Source: an uncultured Acidobacteriota bacterium (lineage in GTDB: Bacteria; Acidobacteriota; Thermoanaerobaculia; Multivoradales; UBA5704). From it: 64,000 bases of DNA. Positions 9,771-18,885 of the stretch are shown here, piece after piece. The translations under genes were made by a program, and so were the position numbers. The notes under the pieces are model-generated. The model made no database searches and was not told the DNA's origin. It worked only from the letters and a program-made list of their open reading frames with translations. How positions within the stretch are numbered: the stretch's first letter is position 1; every line of letters starts with the position of its first letter. Where the stretch lies: assembly GCA_963700145.1 (NCBI GenBank), contig OY969474.1, positions 3,872,001 to 3,936,000 of the forward strand, in the 5' to 3' direction.

Positions 9771-11885
9771 TTACTGATACGTCACCACGAGCTGCGGCCG
9801 GTTGGCCGAGGTCGAGTTGTTGCCCGAGTAGTAGCCGATGTAATCGTTGCCCCCGTCGTCGTTGTCGTCGAGGTCGAAGTAGACGCGGAGCTGCGTCGTC
9901 CCCGTCTTGTCGAGGGCGGCGAGGCCCGCGGCGTTCAGGCTGCCTTCCGACCAGCTCCCGTTGGACGCGGCGTTGCTCAGGCTCGCCGCCTGGACGGCGG
10001 TCGCCGTGGCTTGGAAGTCTCCCGTCTGGAGCGCCGTCGACCCGGAGAAGCCGCCCGTCTGGACGTCGGCCCGGCAGGTGCCGTGCGTGGTGAAGGGGTT
10101 GGTGCCGCTCGACGTGCCGCGGCGCAGGCGCAGGGTCGCCGAAACGATCGTGGCGCCGTCGGGGATCGACGAGGTGTCGAAGGCGACCACGGATTTGTAC
10201 TGGCGGTCGCTGGTGGCGTCGCCCACCCGCAGGGCGCTGGTGTTGGAGGCGGTGCTGTCGATGGAGCCGCCGGCGTTGGAGGTTTCGGACGACTCCAGCA
10301 CCCAGCCGTCCTGGGCGGCGATCGAGATGAGGGTGACGACGGTCGGCGGAAGCACCGGCGTGGCCGAGGCCTCGTTCGAATTCGGCCCCTCGCCCACCGT
10401 GTTGGTCGCGGTCACGACGTAGAAATAGGCCGTCCCGTTGGTCAGACCGGTGTCCGTGAAGCTCGTGCCGGTCCAGTTGCTCTGGATGGTCGTGTAGGGT
10501 CCGCCGCTCGCCGTGGCGCGATGGACGCGGTAAGCGGTCGCGCCGCTCGCGGCCGTCCAGGTGAGACCGATCTGGCCGTTGCCCGGCGTGGCCGAAAGCG
10601 CGCCCGGCGCGCCCGGCGGCGCCTCGCAGTACTGAGCCTGCTTGCCGATCACGGCATACGGGCAGGCGGCCTGCTCGAGCAGATAGAGGATCGCGGCGCG
10701 GTTGCGGGCGGTCTCGGCCGGGATTACCTCGTCCGGGGGATAGAAACCGCCCTGCCCGGAGGTGACGGGGTACATCTCGAAAGAGAGGGAGAAAATCCGG
10801 TGGGCGCCGTAAAGATAGTCCTTGATCCCTCCATCGGTGATGTAAAGGTCGCTCCCCTGCTGGGGGGTGTAACCGTTGGAGGCGGCCATGGCCTGGCCGA
10901 TGGTGACGAACACGTCGTGGTCGTCCTGGGTCATGTCGGCAGGCACGTCGGTGAAGGTATAGCCGTAGGGCCACATCACCAGCTCGCCGTAGGTATGGAC
11001 GTCTAGGTGGGCCGTGATCTGTTGCGTGCCGCCGACCACGCGGCTGTCGACGAAGTCGCGCACCACCGCGGTTTCGGGGGCCGAGAAGGCCGCCGCTCCG
11101 CGATAGGTTTCGCTGCTCGGCGTGCCGCTGCTGCCGCCGCAGCAACCCCACCTGTAGTCCCAGTTGCGGTTCAAGTCGGTGCCGATGGCGCTCGTGCCGG
11201 CGTTGGGCTGGCGGTTCTTGCGCCACGAAACGTAGCTGCCGGTCGCGATGTCGTACTCGCCGCCGTCCGGATTCATGTCGAAGACGATCCAGACTTCGCG
11301 GCCGTCCACCAGACTGGTGATCTGGGGATCGGTACCGTATTCGTCGGTCAGCATCTTCAGGGTGTAGAGGGCCATCTCGACGGTCAGATGCTCGCGGGCG
11401 TGTTGATGGTGCGTGAAGAGCACCTCGGGCTCGTCCTCGTCGGCGCCCACGTTGTCGGAGATCTTGCCGGCCCAGACCGTGCGCCCCTGATACGACAGGC
11501 CCATGGAAAAAAGCGAGAAGATCGCCGGGTGGTCGAGCGCGGCCTGCTCGAGCTCGGCCACCATTTCGGCGTAGTCGTGGTAGGCCGAGTCGGCCGGCGG
11601 AAAGGCCTGGATGAACGCCTGGGGCTCGAGCGTGAGGCCGAGCCGGCCGAGGGCCCGTGCCTCCTCGGAGGTCGCTTCCACGAGGATGTAGTCGTGGCCG
11701 ACCTCGAAGATGTCCGCGCCGGTGGCGGCGATGGCGGAGCGGGTGCGGGCGTCGAAGACGTTCGAGATCTTGTAGGTCCCGGTGTCTTTGACAGGCTGTG
11801 CGGCGGCGGGCGCCGCCCAAGTCGCCGGGGCGGTCAGGACGAACATCGCGATCAAGACCGCAAAGCCGGGGAATCTGCGTTTCAT
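9771..11885 (-). CDS. Carboxypeptidase T-like M14 metallopeptidase with FN3 and C-terminal beta-sandwich domain
   Basis: HAREH, NPDG, WRKNR, DLNRNW, FSAPET, DVHTYG, FEMYP; FN3 domain follows. Confidence 0.93.
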   Translation of the reverse strand: MKRRFPGFAVLIAMFVLTAPATWAAPAAAQPVKDTGTYKISNVFDARTRSAIAATGADIFEVGHDYILVEATSEEARALGRLGLTLEPQAFIQAFPPADSAYHDYAEMVAELEQAALDHPAIFSLFSMGLSYQGRTVWAGKISDNVGADEDEPEVLFTHHQHAREHLTVEMALYTLKMLTDEYGTDPQITSLVDGREVWIVFDMNPDGGEYDIATGSYVSWRKNRQPNAGTSAIGTDLNRNWDYRWGCCGGSSGTPSSETYRGAAAFSAPETAVVRDFVDSRVVGGTQQITAHLDVHTYGELVMWPYGYTFTDVPADMTQDDHDVFVTIGQAMAASNGYTPQQGSDLYITDGGIKDYLYGAHRIFSLSFEMYPVTSGQGGFYPPDEVIPAETARNRAAILYLLEQAACPYAVIGKQAQYCEAPPGAPGALSATPGNGQIGLTWTAASGATAYRVHRATASGGPYTTIQSNWTGTSFTDTGLTNGTAYFYVVTATNTVGEGPNSNEASATPVLPPTVVTLISIAAQDGWVLESSETSNAGGSIDSTASNTSALRVGDATSDRQYKSVVAFDTSSIPDGATIVSATLRLRRGTSSGTNPFTTHGTCRADVQTGGFSGSTALQTGDFQATATAVQAASLSNAASNGSWSEGSLNAAGLAALDKTGTTQLRVYFDLDDNDDGGNDYIGYYSGNNSTSANRPQLVVTYQ

Positions 11886-12358
11886 CGAATCACCTCGACA
11901 CGGCGCCCGGTGACGGTGTCGGTGGCGATGGGGTCTTCGTCATCGGTCGTGGGGTCGAGCGGATCCTCTCCGTCCTCGAACGCGCGCACCACGAGCGTGC
12001 CGGCGACGTTGTCGCACCCTTGACCCACCGCGTGCAGGGAAATGTCGACACGGCTGACGTCCTGAAGGGTTCCGTCGTCCCTGAACACGAGGGCGAGCAC
12101 CACCGCTTCGACGCCATCGTGGCCGTCCCTCTCCCAGCTCCCCTGCTGATCGGAAAAGTTGATGAGCGCCTGGAGGGAGCTCGTGGCGAAGAAGGTCCCG
12201 TCGGCCTCGATCGTCCAGAGGGCGGTGGCGCCTCCGTCTTCATCGATCAGGTAGGTCCCGGTGCAGCTCCCCGGACCGCCATCTGCGAGCAGCGAGGCGG
12301 ACGAGCCCACGACCAGGACGGCGAAGAGCAGGGCATGAAGAAGTCTGATTTTCATCAC
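11882..12358 (-). CDS. Secreted hypothetical protein
   Basis: Signal peptide, RBS AAGGAG, 4-bp overlap with next gene. Confidence 0.7.
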   Translation of the reverse strand: MMKIRLLHALLFAVLVVGSSASLLADGGPGSCTGTYLIDEDGGATALWTIEADGTFFATSSLQALINFSDQQGSWERDGHDGVEAVVLALVFRDDGTLQDVSRVDISLHAVGQGCDNVAGTLVVRAFEDGEDPLDPTTDDEDPIATDTVTGRRVEVIR

Positions 12359-12402
12359 AAAGGTCTCCTTTCAGAAGAGGGTAGCGGCCCGGAGCACCGC
12401 CC

Positions 12403-12446
12403 GCATCCTCTCTAGGGAGGAGCCTGGCATCCTCTCTAGAGAGGAG
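12403..12446. promoter_or_regulatory. Tandem palindromic operator-like repeat (2 x 20 bp, period 24)
   Basis: GCATCCTCTCTAGGGAGGAG (12403-12422) and GCATCCTCTCTAGAGAGGAG (12427-12446); core CCTCTCTAGAGAGG is a perfect palindrome; lies between divergent genes. Confidence 0.6.
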
Positions 12447-12508
12447 GACGACCGCGCGTAGACGCCCGCGCTTGCGTAGCTTTGCGGGATAAAGTACATT
12501 GCCGCGCC

Positions 12509-13870
12509 ATGAAGAGAGCCAAGATCGCCGGCTGGGCGTGCGCCGCCGTGCTCGTCCTCCTCGCCGTCGCCGCCGGCTACCGCGCCCTCGACCGGGACGT
12601 CCCCGCCGCCGCGGCGACGCCGCCCGCGACCGCACCCGCGACCGCGCCGGCGGCGGCGCAGACCCACCCGGCGGCGGCGACCGACCAGGGGTTCCTCTAC
12701 GGCCGGGTCACCACCGCCGACGGCGCCGTCTACGAGGGGCGGCTGCGCTTCGGCATCGACCAGGAGGCGTTCTGGGGCGACTACTTCAACGGCTACAAGC
12801 CCGAGAACCCCTGGCGCGCCCACCTGCCGCCGGAGCGGCTGAAGGAGCACCACGCGATCGAGATCCTGGGGATCGAGATCGCCCGCCGGGAGCGCCAGGT
12901 CAACCTCGGCCGGCCGTTCACGGCGCGCTTCGGTGAGCTCGCGCGCATCGAGGCGCGCGGCCGCGACGTGCGGGTGACGCTCAAGAGCGGGACCGTCTTC
13001 GACCTCGACCGCTACGGCGCCAGCGACCTGGACGACGGCCTGCGGGTGTGGGACGGCAGGCGCGGCGCCGTCGACCTCACGGCCACGGTCCAGAAGGAGC
13101 TCCTCGGGATCGAGGGCGATCGGCGGATCCGCACGATCGAGCTCCTCCCCACCCCCCCGCGAGGCGCCGCCCCCTACCGGCTGCAAGGTACCGTGCGCAC
13201 GCGGCAGGGCGACTTCACCGGCTTCGTCGCGTGGCACCGGCACGGGGCCCTCGGCCCCGACGAGCTCGACGGCCGCACCGCCGCCGCCGAGGGCAAGGGC
13301 GAGGACGAGCTCAGCCTGCGCTTCGACACCATCCGCTCCATCGCGCGCCGCTCGCGCGACAGCTCCCTGGTGACGCTGCTCGACGGCCGCGAGATCGTCC
13401 TCTCCGGCACCCCCGAGGTCGGCGCCGGCAACCGCGGGATCTACGTCGACGACCCGCGCTACGGCCGGGTGCAGATCTTCTGGGACGCCTTCGAGCGCGC
13501 CGACTTCGGCCCCGGCGGCAGCGGCCCCGCCTACGGCGACTTCCCGCCGGGGCGCCGGCTCACGGGCAGCGTCACGACCCGCGCCGGCCGCCGCCTCGCC
13601 GGCCGGCTGGTCTACGACCTCGACGAGACCGAGACCACCGACACGCTCGACGCCGAGGACCGGGGCGTGAACTACACCATCCCCTTCGGCCTGATCGCCT
13701 CGATCGCGCCCGGCGGCCGCGTGACCCTCCACGGCGGCGAGGAGCTGCGGCTCGAGCGCGCCGGCGACCTCGGCGAGGCGAACCTCGGCATGCTGATCTT
13801 CGTCGAGGGCCGCAAGCGCCCCGAGTACGTCCCCTGGACCGACGTCGAGCGGATCGACCTCGACGACTAG
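12509..13870 (+). CDS. Exported hypothetical protein with three internal repeats
   Basis: N-terminal hydrophobic segment; repeats YGRVTTADG..YEGRL, QGTVRTRQG.FTGFV, TGSVTTRAG..LAGRL. Confidence 0.7.
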   Translation: MKRAKIAGWACAAVLVLLAVAAGYRALDRDVPAAAATPPATAPATAPAAAQTHPAAATDQGFLYGRVTTADGAVYEGRLRFGIDQEAFWGDYFNGYKPENPWRAHLPPERLKEHHAIEILGIEIARRERQVNLGRPFTARFGELARIEARGRDVRVTLKSGTVFDLDRYGASDLDDGLRVWDGRRGAVDLTATVQKELLGIEGDRRIRTIELLPTPPRGAAPYRLQGTVRTRQGDFTGFVAWHRHGALGPDELDGRTAAAEGKGEDELSLRFDTIRSIARRSRDSSLVTLLDGREIVLSGTPEVGAGNRGIYVDDPRYGRVQIFWDAFERADFGPGGSGPAYGDFPPGRRLTGSVTTRAGRRLAGRLVYDLDETETTDTLDAEDRGVNYTIPFGLIASIAPGGRVTLHGGEELRLERAGDLGEANLGMLIFVEGRKRPEYVPWTDVERIDLDD

Positions 13871-14241
13871 CGGGCCGGTTCGAAGAGCTCGACCGGGTTG
13901 CCGTCCGGGTCCTCGAGCTGAATCTGTCGACCGCCCGGCCCCACTTCCATCTCGTTGCGGAACTTCACGCCGGCCTTCTCGAGCGCCTCGATCTGCGCGG
14001 GGAGATCGGTCACGCGCAGCACGACCCGGTTCCATCCGCCCGGCTCCTGGGCCACGCCGCCAGGCATCGGACGCGACCCCGATGCCCCCGGGCCGCTGAG
14101 CAGCAGGCTGAAATCTCCGAGCGAGACGTTGGCGAACGCGGGGAGTTGTTGATGTCGCAGCTCGAACCCGAGATGCCCGGTGTAGAAGGTGACAGCCCGC
14201 GCGACGTCCTTCACGTGATAGCGCACACCGTGCAGGGTCAT
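13867..14241 (-). CDS. VOC/glyoxalase family protein
   Basis: VKDVARAVTFY...EDPDGNPVELF; RBS AGGAG before ATG 14241. Confidence 0.9.
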   Translation of the reverse strand: MTLHGVRYHVKDVARAVTFYTGHLGFELRHQQLPAFANVSLGDFSLLLSGPGASGSRPMPGGVAQEPGGWNRVVLRVTDLPAQIEALEKAGVKFRNEMEVGPGGRQIQLEDPDGNPVELFEPAR

Positions 14242-14378
14242 ATGTCTCCTCTTCCTGCTCGAGCCTGCAACGCCGATGCCTTCGGGCGACACGGTCTTTT
14301 AGCCCTGTGGCACTATGCGAGTGCGGGCGCCCCGCGCCGCTCCGGGCCGGGCTCCGACCCGACGGAGGGATGAATCCC

Positions 14379-14699
14379 ATGAAAGCTTTGCGGAAAGCGG
14401 CCCTCGGGCTGGCGGTGGTGGCGTGTCTGCTGGCGGTGGCCCCGGCCGCCTGGGCAGGGGCGATAGATACGTCGGCGCGGACGGACGCGGGCGGCTGGAT
14501 CGCTGGGTGGGTCGAGCGGATCGCCCGCTGGATGAGCTGGACCGATCAGCCGGGGCCTGGTGAGGGTGACGCTGGCCGGGTGCGGCCGGTGTTCGAGCAC
14601 GACAACTGCGGTATCGACCCCAACGGCGCGCCGAAGCCTTGCCCGCCGGGGATGGGTCCCGAGCCACCCGAGGGCTCCGGTGGCCCGTTGGGAGGCTGA
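14379..14699 (+). CDS. Small secreted protein/peptide precursor with C-GIDPNG-APKP-C motif
   Basis: RBS GGAGG; signal peptide ending AWA; Trp-rich amphipathic segment; Cys pair around GIDPNG; alternative start 14370. Confidence 0.7.
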   Translation: MKALRKAALGLAVVACLLAVAPAAWAGAIDTSARTDAGGWIAGWVERIARWMSWTDQPGPGEGDAGRVRPVFEHDNCGIDPNGAPKPCPPGMGPEPPEGSGGPLGG

Positions 14700-14742
14700 T
14701 CGCCGACGAGCGGACGCGCGATTCCGTATAAAATTGCTACCA

Positions 14743-16074
14743 GTGGACAACGAGCGCGAGCACTCGATTCCCGCCGACGTGCTGGCCCGCTTCGCAGCCG
14801 GCCTTGCGTCGCCCGAGGAGAGCCGCCTCGTCGCTCGCCACCTTTTCGCCGGCTGCGCCATCTGCATCCAGACTCTCTCCCTCGCCGCCTTCCCCGCAAG
14901 GAGCGGCGAGGGTCCCCCGCCAGCCGGCGCCTACGATCAGGCCTTCGCGGCCGTCGACCGTGACGTGGCCGCCGAGCTGAAGCGCCGCCACCTTCCGGCG
15001 CAGAAGCTGCTCGCCGAGCTCGATCGCCTGCCCACCGAGCGGCAAGAGCTCAAGGTCCGGAACGGCACGCGCTACGCCTCGCTGGAGCTGTCCGCGGCCT
15101 ACGTCGAGCGCAGCAACGAGGTGCGCTACCGGAACCCTGCCGAGATGCTCCGGTTCGCGCGCGTAGCGGTCGCCGCAGCGGAGGCTGCAGCTCGCGTAGG
15201 GTTGGAGCCCCGCTCGCTAGTCAATGACGCTCTGGCTCATGCCTGGGGGCAGGTGGCTAACGCACACAGAGTCCGAAGCGAGGTTCCTGAGGCAGGGCGC
15301 GCCTTTGTCCGGGGGGAGGAGTTTCTGCGAGCGGGCACGGGCGAAGCGACCCTTCGCGCGTGGTTTCTTGAGAAGAAGGCCTCCTACTATCGTCAGCGCC
15401 GCGATTTCCGAGCCGCGATGGAGCTTCTGGAAGAAGCAGTTCGTCTGCATTCGCGCTTACACGATCGCAGGGCAGAAGGTCGCGCTCTAATCAGCTTGGC
15501 CCTCGTGACTATCGTTAGTGGCCAGCCTGAAGCAGCTATCGCCCCCCTACAACGCTGTATTCCGATGTTCACCGGCCGGCCACATGACTTGGACCTCCTC
15601 TGGGCTGCAACGCAAAACCTGGTCTTCTGCTTCGTCGAGCTCGGTCAGCCTGCTCACGCCTACGACCTGCTCGCTTTCGCCGAGCCGCAGTTCAAGGAGT
15701 GCTCCGATGAGCTGGTCCACCTTCGCGTGGATTGGGTCAAGGGCAAGATCGAGAGAGAGCTCGGACTCTATGGCGCGGCGCAATTCCGGTTCGAGCTCGT
15801 GAGGGATGAATACCTACGCAGAGATTTGACCGCCGAGGTCGGGGCTGTCTCCCTCGATCTGGCTGAGGTCTACGCTCACCAAGGGCTCGCCGCGGAGCTG
15901 ATCCGCACCGTGGCTGACACGATCCCTCTCTTCCAGTCGCTCGGCGTGGGGCGCGAGCTGATCGCCGCGCTCCTGAAGCTCCAGGAGATCGCCCGCTCGC
16001 AGCAAGCCGCCGTCGCGCTGCTGCGCGAGGTGGCGAAGCAGTTCCAGGAAGACCTGCCGCAGCTCAGCCGTTAG
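14743..16074 (+). CDS. TPR-repeat protein with N-terminal zinc-finger-like motif (HLFAGCAIC)
   Basis: GTG 14743 after TAAAAT; H-x4-C-x2-C resembles anti-sigma zinc fingers; helical TPR-like repeats (AWGQVANAHR, AMELLEEA, EGRALISLA). Confidence 0.75.
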   Translation: MDNEREHSIPADVLARFAAGLASPEESRLVARHLFAGCAICIQTLSLAAFPARSGEGPPPAGAYDQAFAAVDRDVAAELKRRHLPAQKLLAELDRLPTERQELKVRNGTRYASLELSAAYVERSNEVRYRNPAEMLRFARVAVAAAEAAARVGLEPRSLVNDALAHAWGQVANAHRVRSEVPEAGRAFVRGEEFLRAGTGEATLRAWFLEKKASYYRQRRDFRAAMELLEEAVRLHSRLHDRRAEGRALISLALVTIVSGQPEAAIAPLQRCIPMFTGRPHDLDLLWAATQNLVFCFVELGQPAHAYDLLAFAEPQFKECSDELVHLRVDWVKGKIERELGLYGAAQFRFELVRDEYLRRDLTAEVGAVSLDLAEVYAHQGLAAELIRTVADTIPLFQSLGVGRELIAALLKLQEIARSQQAAVALLREVAKQFQEDLPQLSR

Positions 16075-16501
16075 GCAGCGGCGGCACTTCGGGCATCTCG
16101 CGGTCGAGCTCCGCGAAGAGGCGCTCGATCTCCTCGTCGCTGAAGATCCCCTTCTCCTTCAGTCTCCAGATCAGCACGCGGAGGCTCGCGTGCCGCACGA
16201 GGCGCGCGCTGAGCGGGTACGCCGGGTGGGGCGGCGCGGCCGCGGGCTTGCCGCGCACGTCGGGCGGGCCGTAGACCTCCTCGAAGAACTCCACCGGCGA
16301 GACGTCGAGCGCCGCGAGGATGCCGGCGATGTGCACGTAGCGCAGCTCGATCGCGCCGCTGAACACTTGCCGCAGGTAGTCGTGCCGCCGGCCGATGAGG
16401 AGCCCGACCTCGCGGAGCGACATGCGCTTGCGGCGGATGATCTCGCGCAACGCCGTTCGCACCCGAATCATTTCGGCGTCGGCCTGTTGGCTGAGATCCA
16501 C
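16064..16501 (-). CDS. XRE/Cro-like helix-turn-helix regulator
   Basis: LREIIRRKRMSLREVGLLIGRRHDYLRQVFSG...ILAALDVSPVEFF. Confidence 0.75.
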   Translation of the reverse strand: MDLSQQADAEMIRVRTALREIIRRKRMSLREVGLLIGRRHDYLRQVFSGAIELRYVHIAGILAALDVSPVEFFEEVYGPPDVRGKPAAAPPHPAYPLSARLVRHASLRVLIWRLKEKGIFSDEEIERLFAELDREMPEVPPLPNG

Positions 16502-16507
16502 GCCGGG

Positions 16508-16535
16508 ATTGTACCTCTAGTGTTGCGTTAGTCAA
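16508..16535 (-). promoter_or_regulatory. Sigma70-type promoter for the HTH gene (leaderless)
   Basis: TTGACT (16535-16530), 16 bp, TACAAT (16513-16508), 6 bp, then GTG start at 16501. Confidence 0.65.
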
Positions 16536-16621
16536 CAACAGTTCCGCTAGGTGGCACGTTGACATGTGGTCGATAGCTGTGCTGTCATCCACTTCGTGCC
16601 GAGCCTTTACACCTCTCTGCA

Positions 16622-17401
16622 GTGGCATCTACGCCGTTGGCCCACCTGAGCCACTTCGATGCGCTCTTCCTGCTCGCGCCGCTGCCGCGGGCCGAGCGGC
16701 GGCAGCTTGCGCACGCTCTGGTCTGCGATTCCTGCCGCGCGGTCCTCCGCGAAGTCCTCGCGGCCCAAACGCCTGCCGCCTCGCCTGAGACTCCCGCCTC
16801 CCGCCGTTCCCGCCCTCTCGACTACAGCGCCATGTGGACCGCCCTCGAGAAGAAGCTCGCGGCCGAGGTGCCGGAGATCTTCCGCGAGCGCGAAGCCGCC
16901 CAGCGCGAGCTGGAGAAGCTCCTGCGCCTGCGGCGAGACCAGCGCGCCGCCGTCGCGCGCCCCTGGCCTCGCTCGCCATCGCCTCCTCGACAAGAGCGCC
17001 GAAGTGACCGCCGCGGACCCGCGCGAAGGCGAGCACCTGGCGCGGCTGGTCATCACGATGGTGGGGAAACTCGACGTCGCGCGCGTGCCGGTGACGCTGC
17101 TCGCCGAGCTGACCAGCCAAGCCTGGGCGCTCGTCGGCAACGCGCGGCGGCACCGCCAGGACCTGACGGGCGCCGACTGGGCGTTCCAGCAAGCCCAGGC
17201 CCGCCTCGACCTGGCGACCGACCTCGCCGTCAACGCCACCTCTGCCGCCTCCTCTCCGAGCTCCGCCGCGAGCAGGGCCGCACCGAAGAAGCCCTCGCCC
17301 TCGGCGAACGGGCGCGCGTCCTCTTCACCCAAGTCCACAAGCTCGCCGATTCGACTTCCGGCCCGGGCATTCCGCCCGGTCCCGGTTCACAGGAGACGTG
17401 A
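16622..17401 (+). pseudogene. Second zinc-finger/TPR gene, shorter, with two compensating frameshifts
   Basis: HALVCDSC motif; middle part (SQAWALVGNARRHRQDLTGADWAF) lies in another frame and matches AHAWGQVANAHRVRSEVPEAGRAF of the 14743 protein. Confidence 0.65.
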
Positions 17402-17402
17402 C

Positions 17403-17618
17403 ATGGCCAAGCCCCAGAAACGACCCCCGACCCCCGTCACCGAACACCTGAAGGCCGAACGCATCCAGGTGCTCCTCGCCGGCCTGCCGGAATGGCGCGT
17501 CAGCGCCGTCCAGATCGCCGGCGGCGTCGTCACCCTCACCCTCACCACCGCCAAGACCGCCCGCGGGCTGACGAAGGAGGAGCTGGAGCTCGCGGCGGGC
17601 CTGGAGAAGGTGGCGTAG
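17403..17618 (+). CDS. Small protein resembling an internally deleted pterin-4a-carbinolamine dehydratase fold
   Basis: RBS AGGAG; LKAERIQVLLAGLPEW...VTLTLTT...GLTKEELELAA; central part appears missing. Confidence 0.45.
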   Translation: MAKPQKRPPTPVTEHLKAERIQVLLAGLPEWRVSAVQIAGGVVTLTLTTAKTARGLTKEELELAAGLEKVA

Positions 17619-17633
17619 ATGCTCCGCGGAGGC

Positions 17634-17843
17634 CTGGAGATGTTTTCCCAAGGCTCGGGAATCAATCTCCAGCCGCTCAAGATGCGTCTCCAAGCCCCGG
17701 AGATATATCTCCAGGCCTTGGAGATGGATTCCGAGCCGTTGGGAATCGATCTCCAAGCCCTTGGAATCGATCTCCAACCCCGGAAGATCGATTCCCAGGC
17801 ACCGGAGATCGATCTCCAGCCTCCGGAGATGTATCTCCAGCGC
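17634..17843. repeat. Tandem array of 10 x 21-bp degenerate repeats with palindromic core
   Basis: Units start every 21 bp from 17634; consensus yyGGAGATCGATCTCCArscs; core GGAGATCGATCTCC is self-complementary. Confidence 0.9.
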
Positions 17844-17925
17844 CTCCCAGACGAATTCCCGCCGCGCGGAGTCGGTCTCCGCGCCCACTCTCCACCAACT
17901 TCCGACTCAGACAAGGAGTTTTCCC

Positions 17926-18321
17926 GTGCCAGAGAACTTGGGAGAGAAGCTCAAGACCTGGAGGACCCTCGCGGAGGGCATCAAGCCCCGCCTGGAAGAG
18001 ATCCCTCTGCTCCGGGAGGACCAAGCCGAGCTCGCCGCGCTGGTCCTGGAGATCGACGCCCTCATCGACCGGGGCGATCAGCATGAGGCCCGCCTGCGAG
18101 AAACCAGCCGGAAGCGCACGCAGGCGGAGGCCCGCGCGGCCGAGCTCCATGGCCGCGTGGTCTTCGTGCTGAAGGGCCACTACGGCAAGCGCGCCCTCCT
18201 GCTCCACGAGTTCGGCGTCCAGCCCCACGCCCTACCCGGCCCGAAGAAGGAGGAGACCACGCCCCCCGCTCCGACGCCGGCTCCCGCCTCCCAGGAGCCG
18301 ACCCCCGATTCGGGGGCTTGA
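17926..18321 (+). CDS. Hypothetical helical protein
   Basis: RBS AAGGAG then GTG; coiled-coil-like body ending LKGHYGKRALLLHEFGVQP and a Pro-rich tail. Confidence 0.7.
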   Translation: MPENLGEKLKTWRTLAEGIKPRLEEIPLLREDQAELAALVLEIDALIDRGDQHEARLRETSRKRTQAEARAAELHGRVVFVLKGHYGKRALLLHEFGVQPHALPGPKKEETTPPAPTPAPASQEPTPDSGA

Positions 18322-18336
18322 TCGCGGAACACAACG

Positions 18337-18369
18337 GCCGCCGGCGGAGATCTGACCTCCGCCGGCGGC
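18337..18369. terminator. GC-rich hairpin
   Basis: 13-bp perfect stem GCCGCCGGCGGAG/CTCCGCCGGCGGC, 7-nt loop, no U-tract. Confidence 0.45.
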
Positions 18370-18403
18370 GCACCGCTCTCTCACAACACGGCGCGTCGAA
18401 CGA

Positions 18404-18805
18404 ATGGAGGTTCTCGAATGCCCGCCCCGAAGCAAGAGCCGCCCGCTGCCAGTGGCGTTCCGCGAGACCTTCGCGGCCCTGTTCCCCTACACCCCGCTGC
18501 AGCACAGTTTGGGCAGTCTCTTGGCGAGCTTGGCCGAGTTCGCCGCGTCCCTGCCGGCCTTGGAGCCGCCCGGCGAGGTGACGCAGATGGAGACCGCGCT
18601 GCGCGCCGCCGCCGCCGACCTCCGCTACCTCGAGCGCTTCCTCTCCGCGCTCGGCCGCCAGGCCTCCGACCGGAAGCTCCTCCAGACCGACCGCCAGCTC
18701 GCCCGCGGCGCGGGCCGGCTCGTCGTCCGGCTCGGCGCCGCCGCCCGAGCGATCGACGAGATGGTCGACGCGGCCCAGGCGGCCCGCCGCTCGGAGGCCG
18801 GGTGA
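18404..18805 (+). CDS. Hypothetical helical protein
   Basis: Host-like codon bias, amphipathic helices; start uncertain. Confidence 0.55.
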   Translation: MEVLECPPRSKSRPLPVAFRETFAALFPYTPLQHSLGSLLASLAEFAASLPALEPPGEVTQMETALRAAAADLRYLERFLSALGRQASDRKLLQTDRQLARGAGRLVVRLGAAARAIDEMVDAAQAARRSEAG

Positions 18806-18885
18806 TGGCCCGCGCCGGCGCCCACGTCGCCCTCCAAGCCCGCCTCGCCGCATGCCTCAGCGGCGAGGGCTGAGGAGGTCTCCCC

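Noticed and set aside
17634-17843. CRISPR array
   Set aside because: Units are contiguous with no unique spacers, the repeats are degenerate, and there are no cas genes in the window
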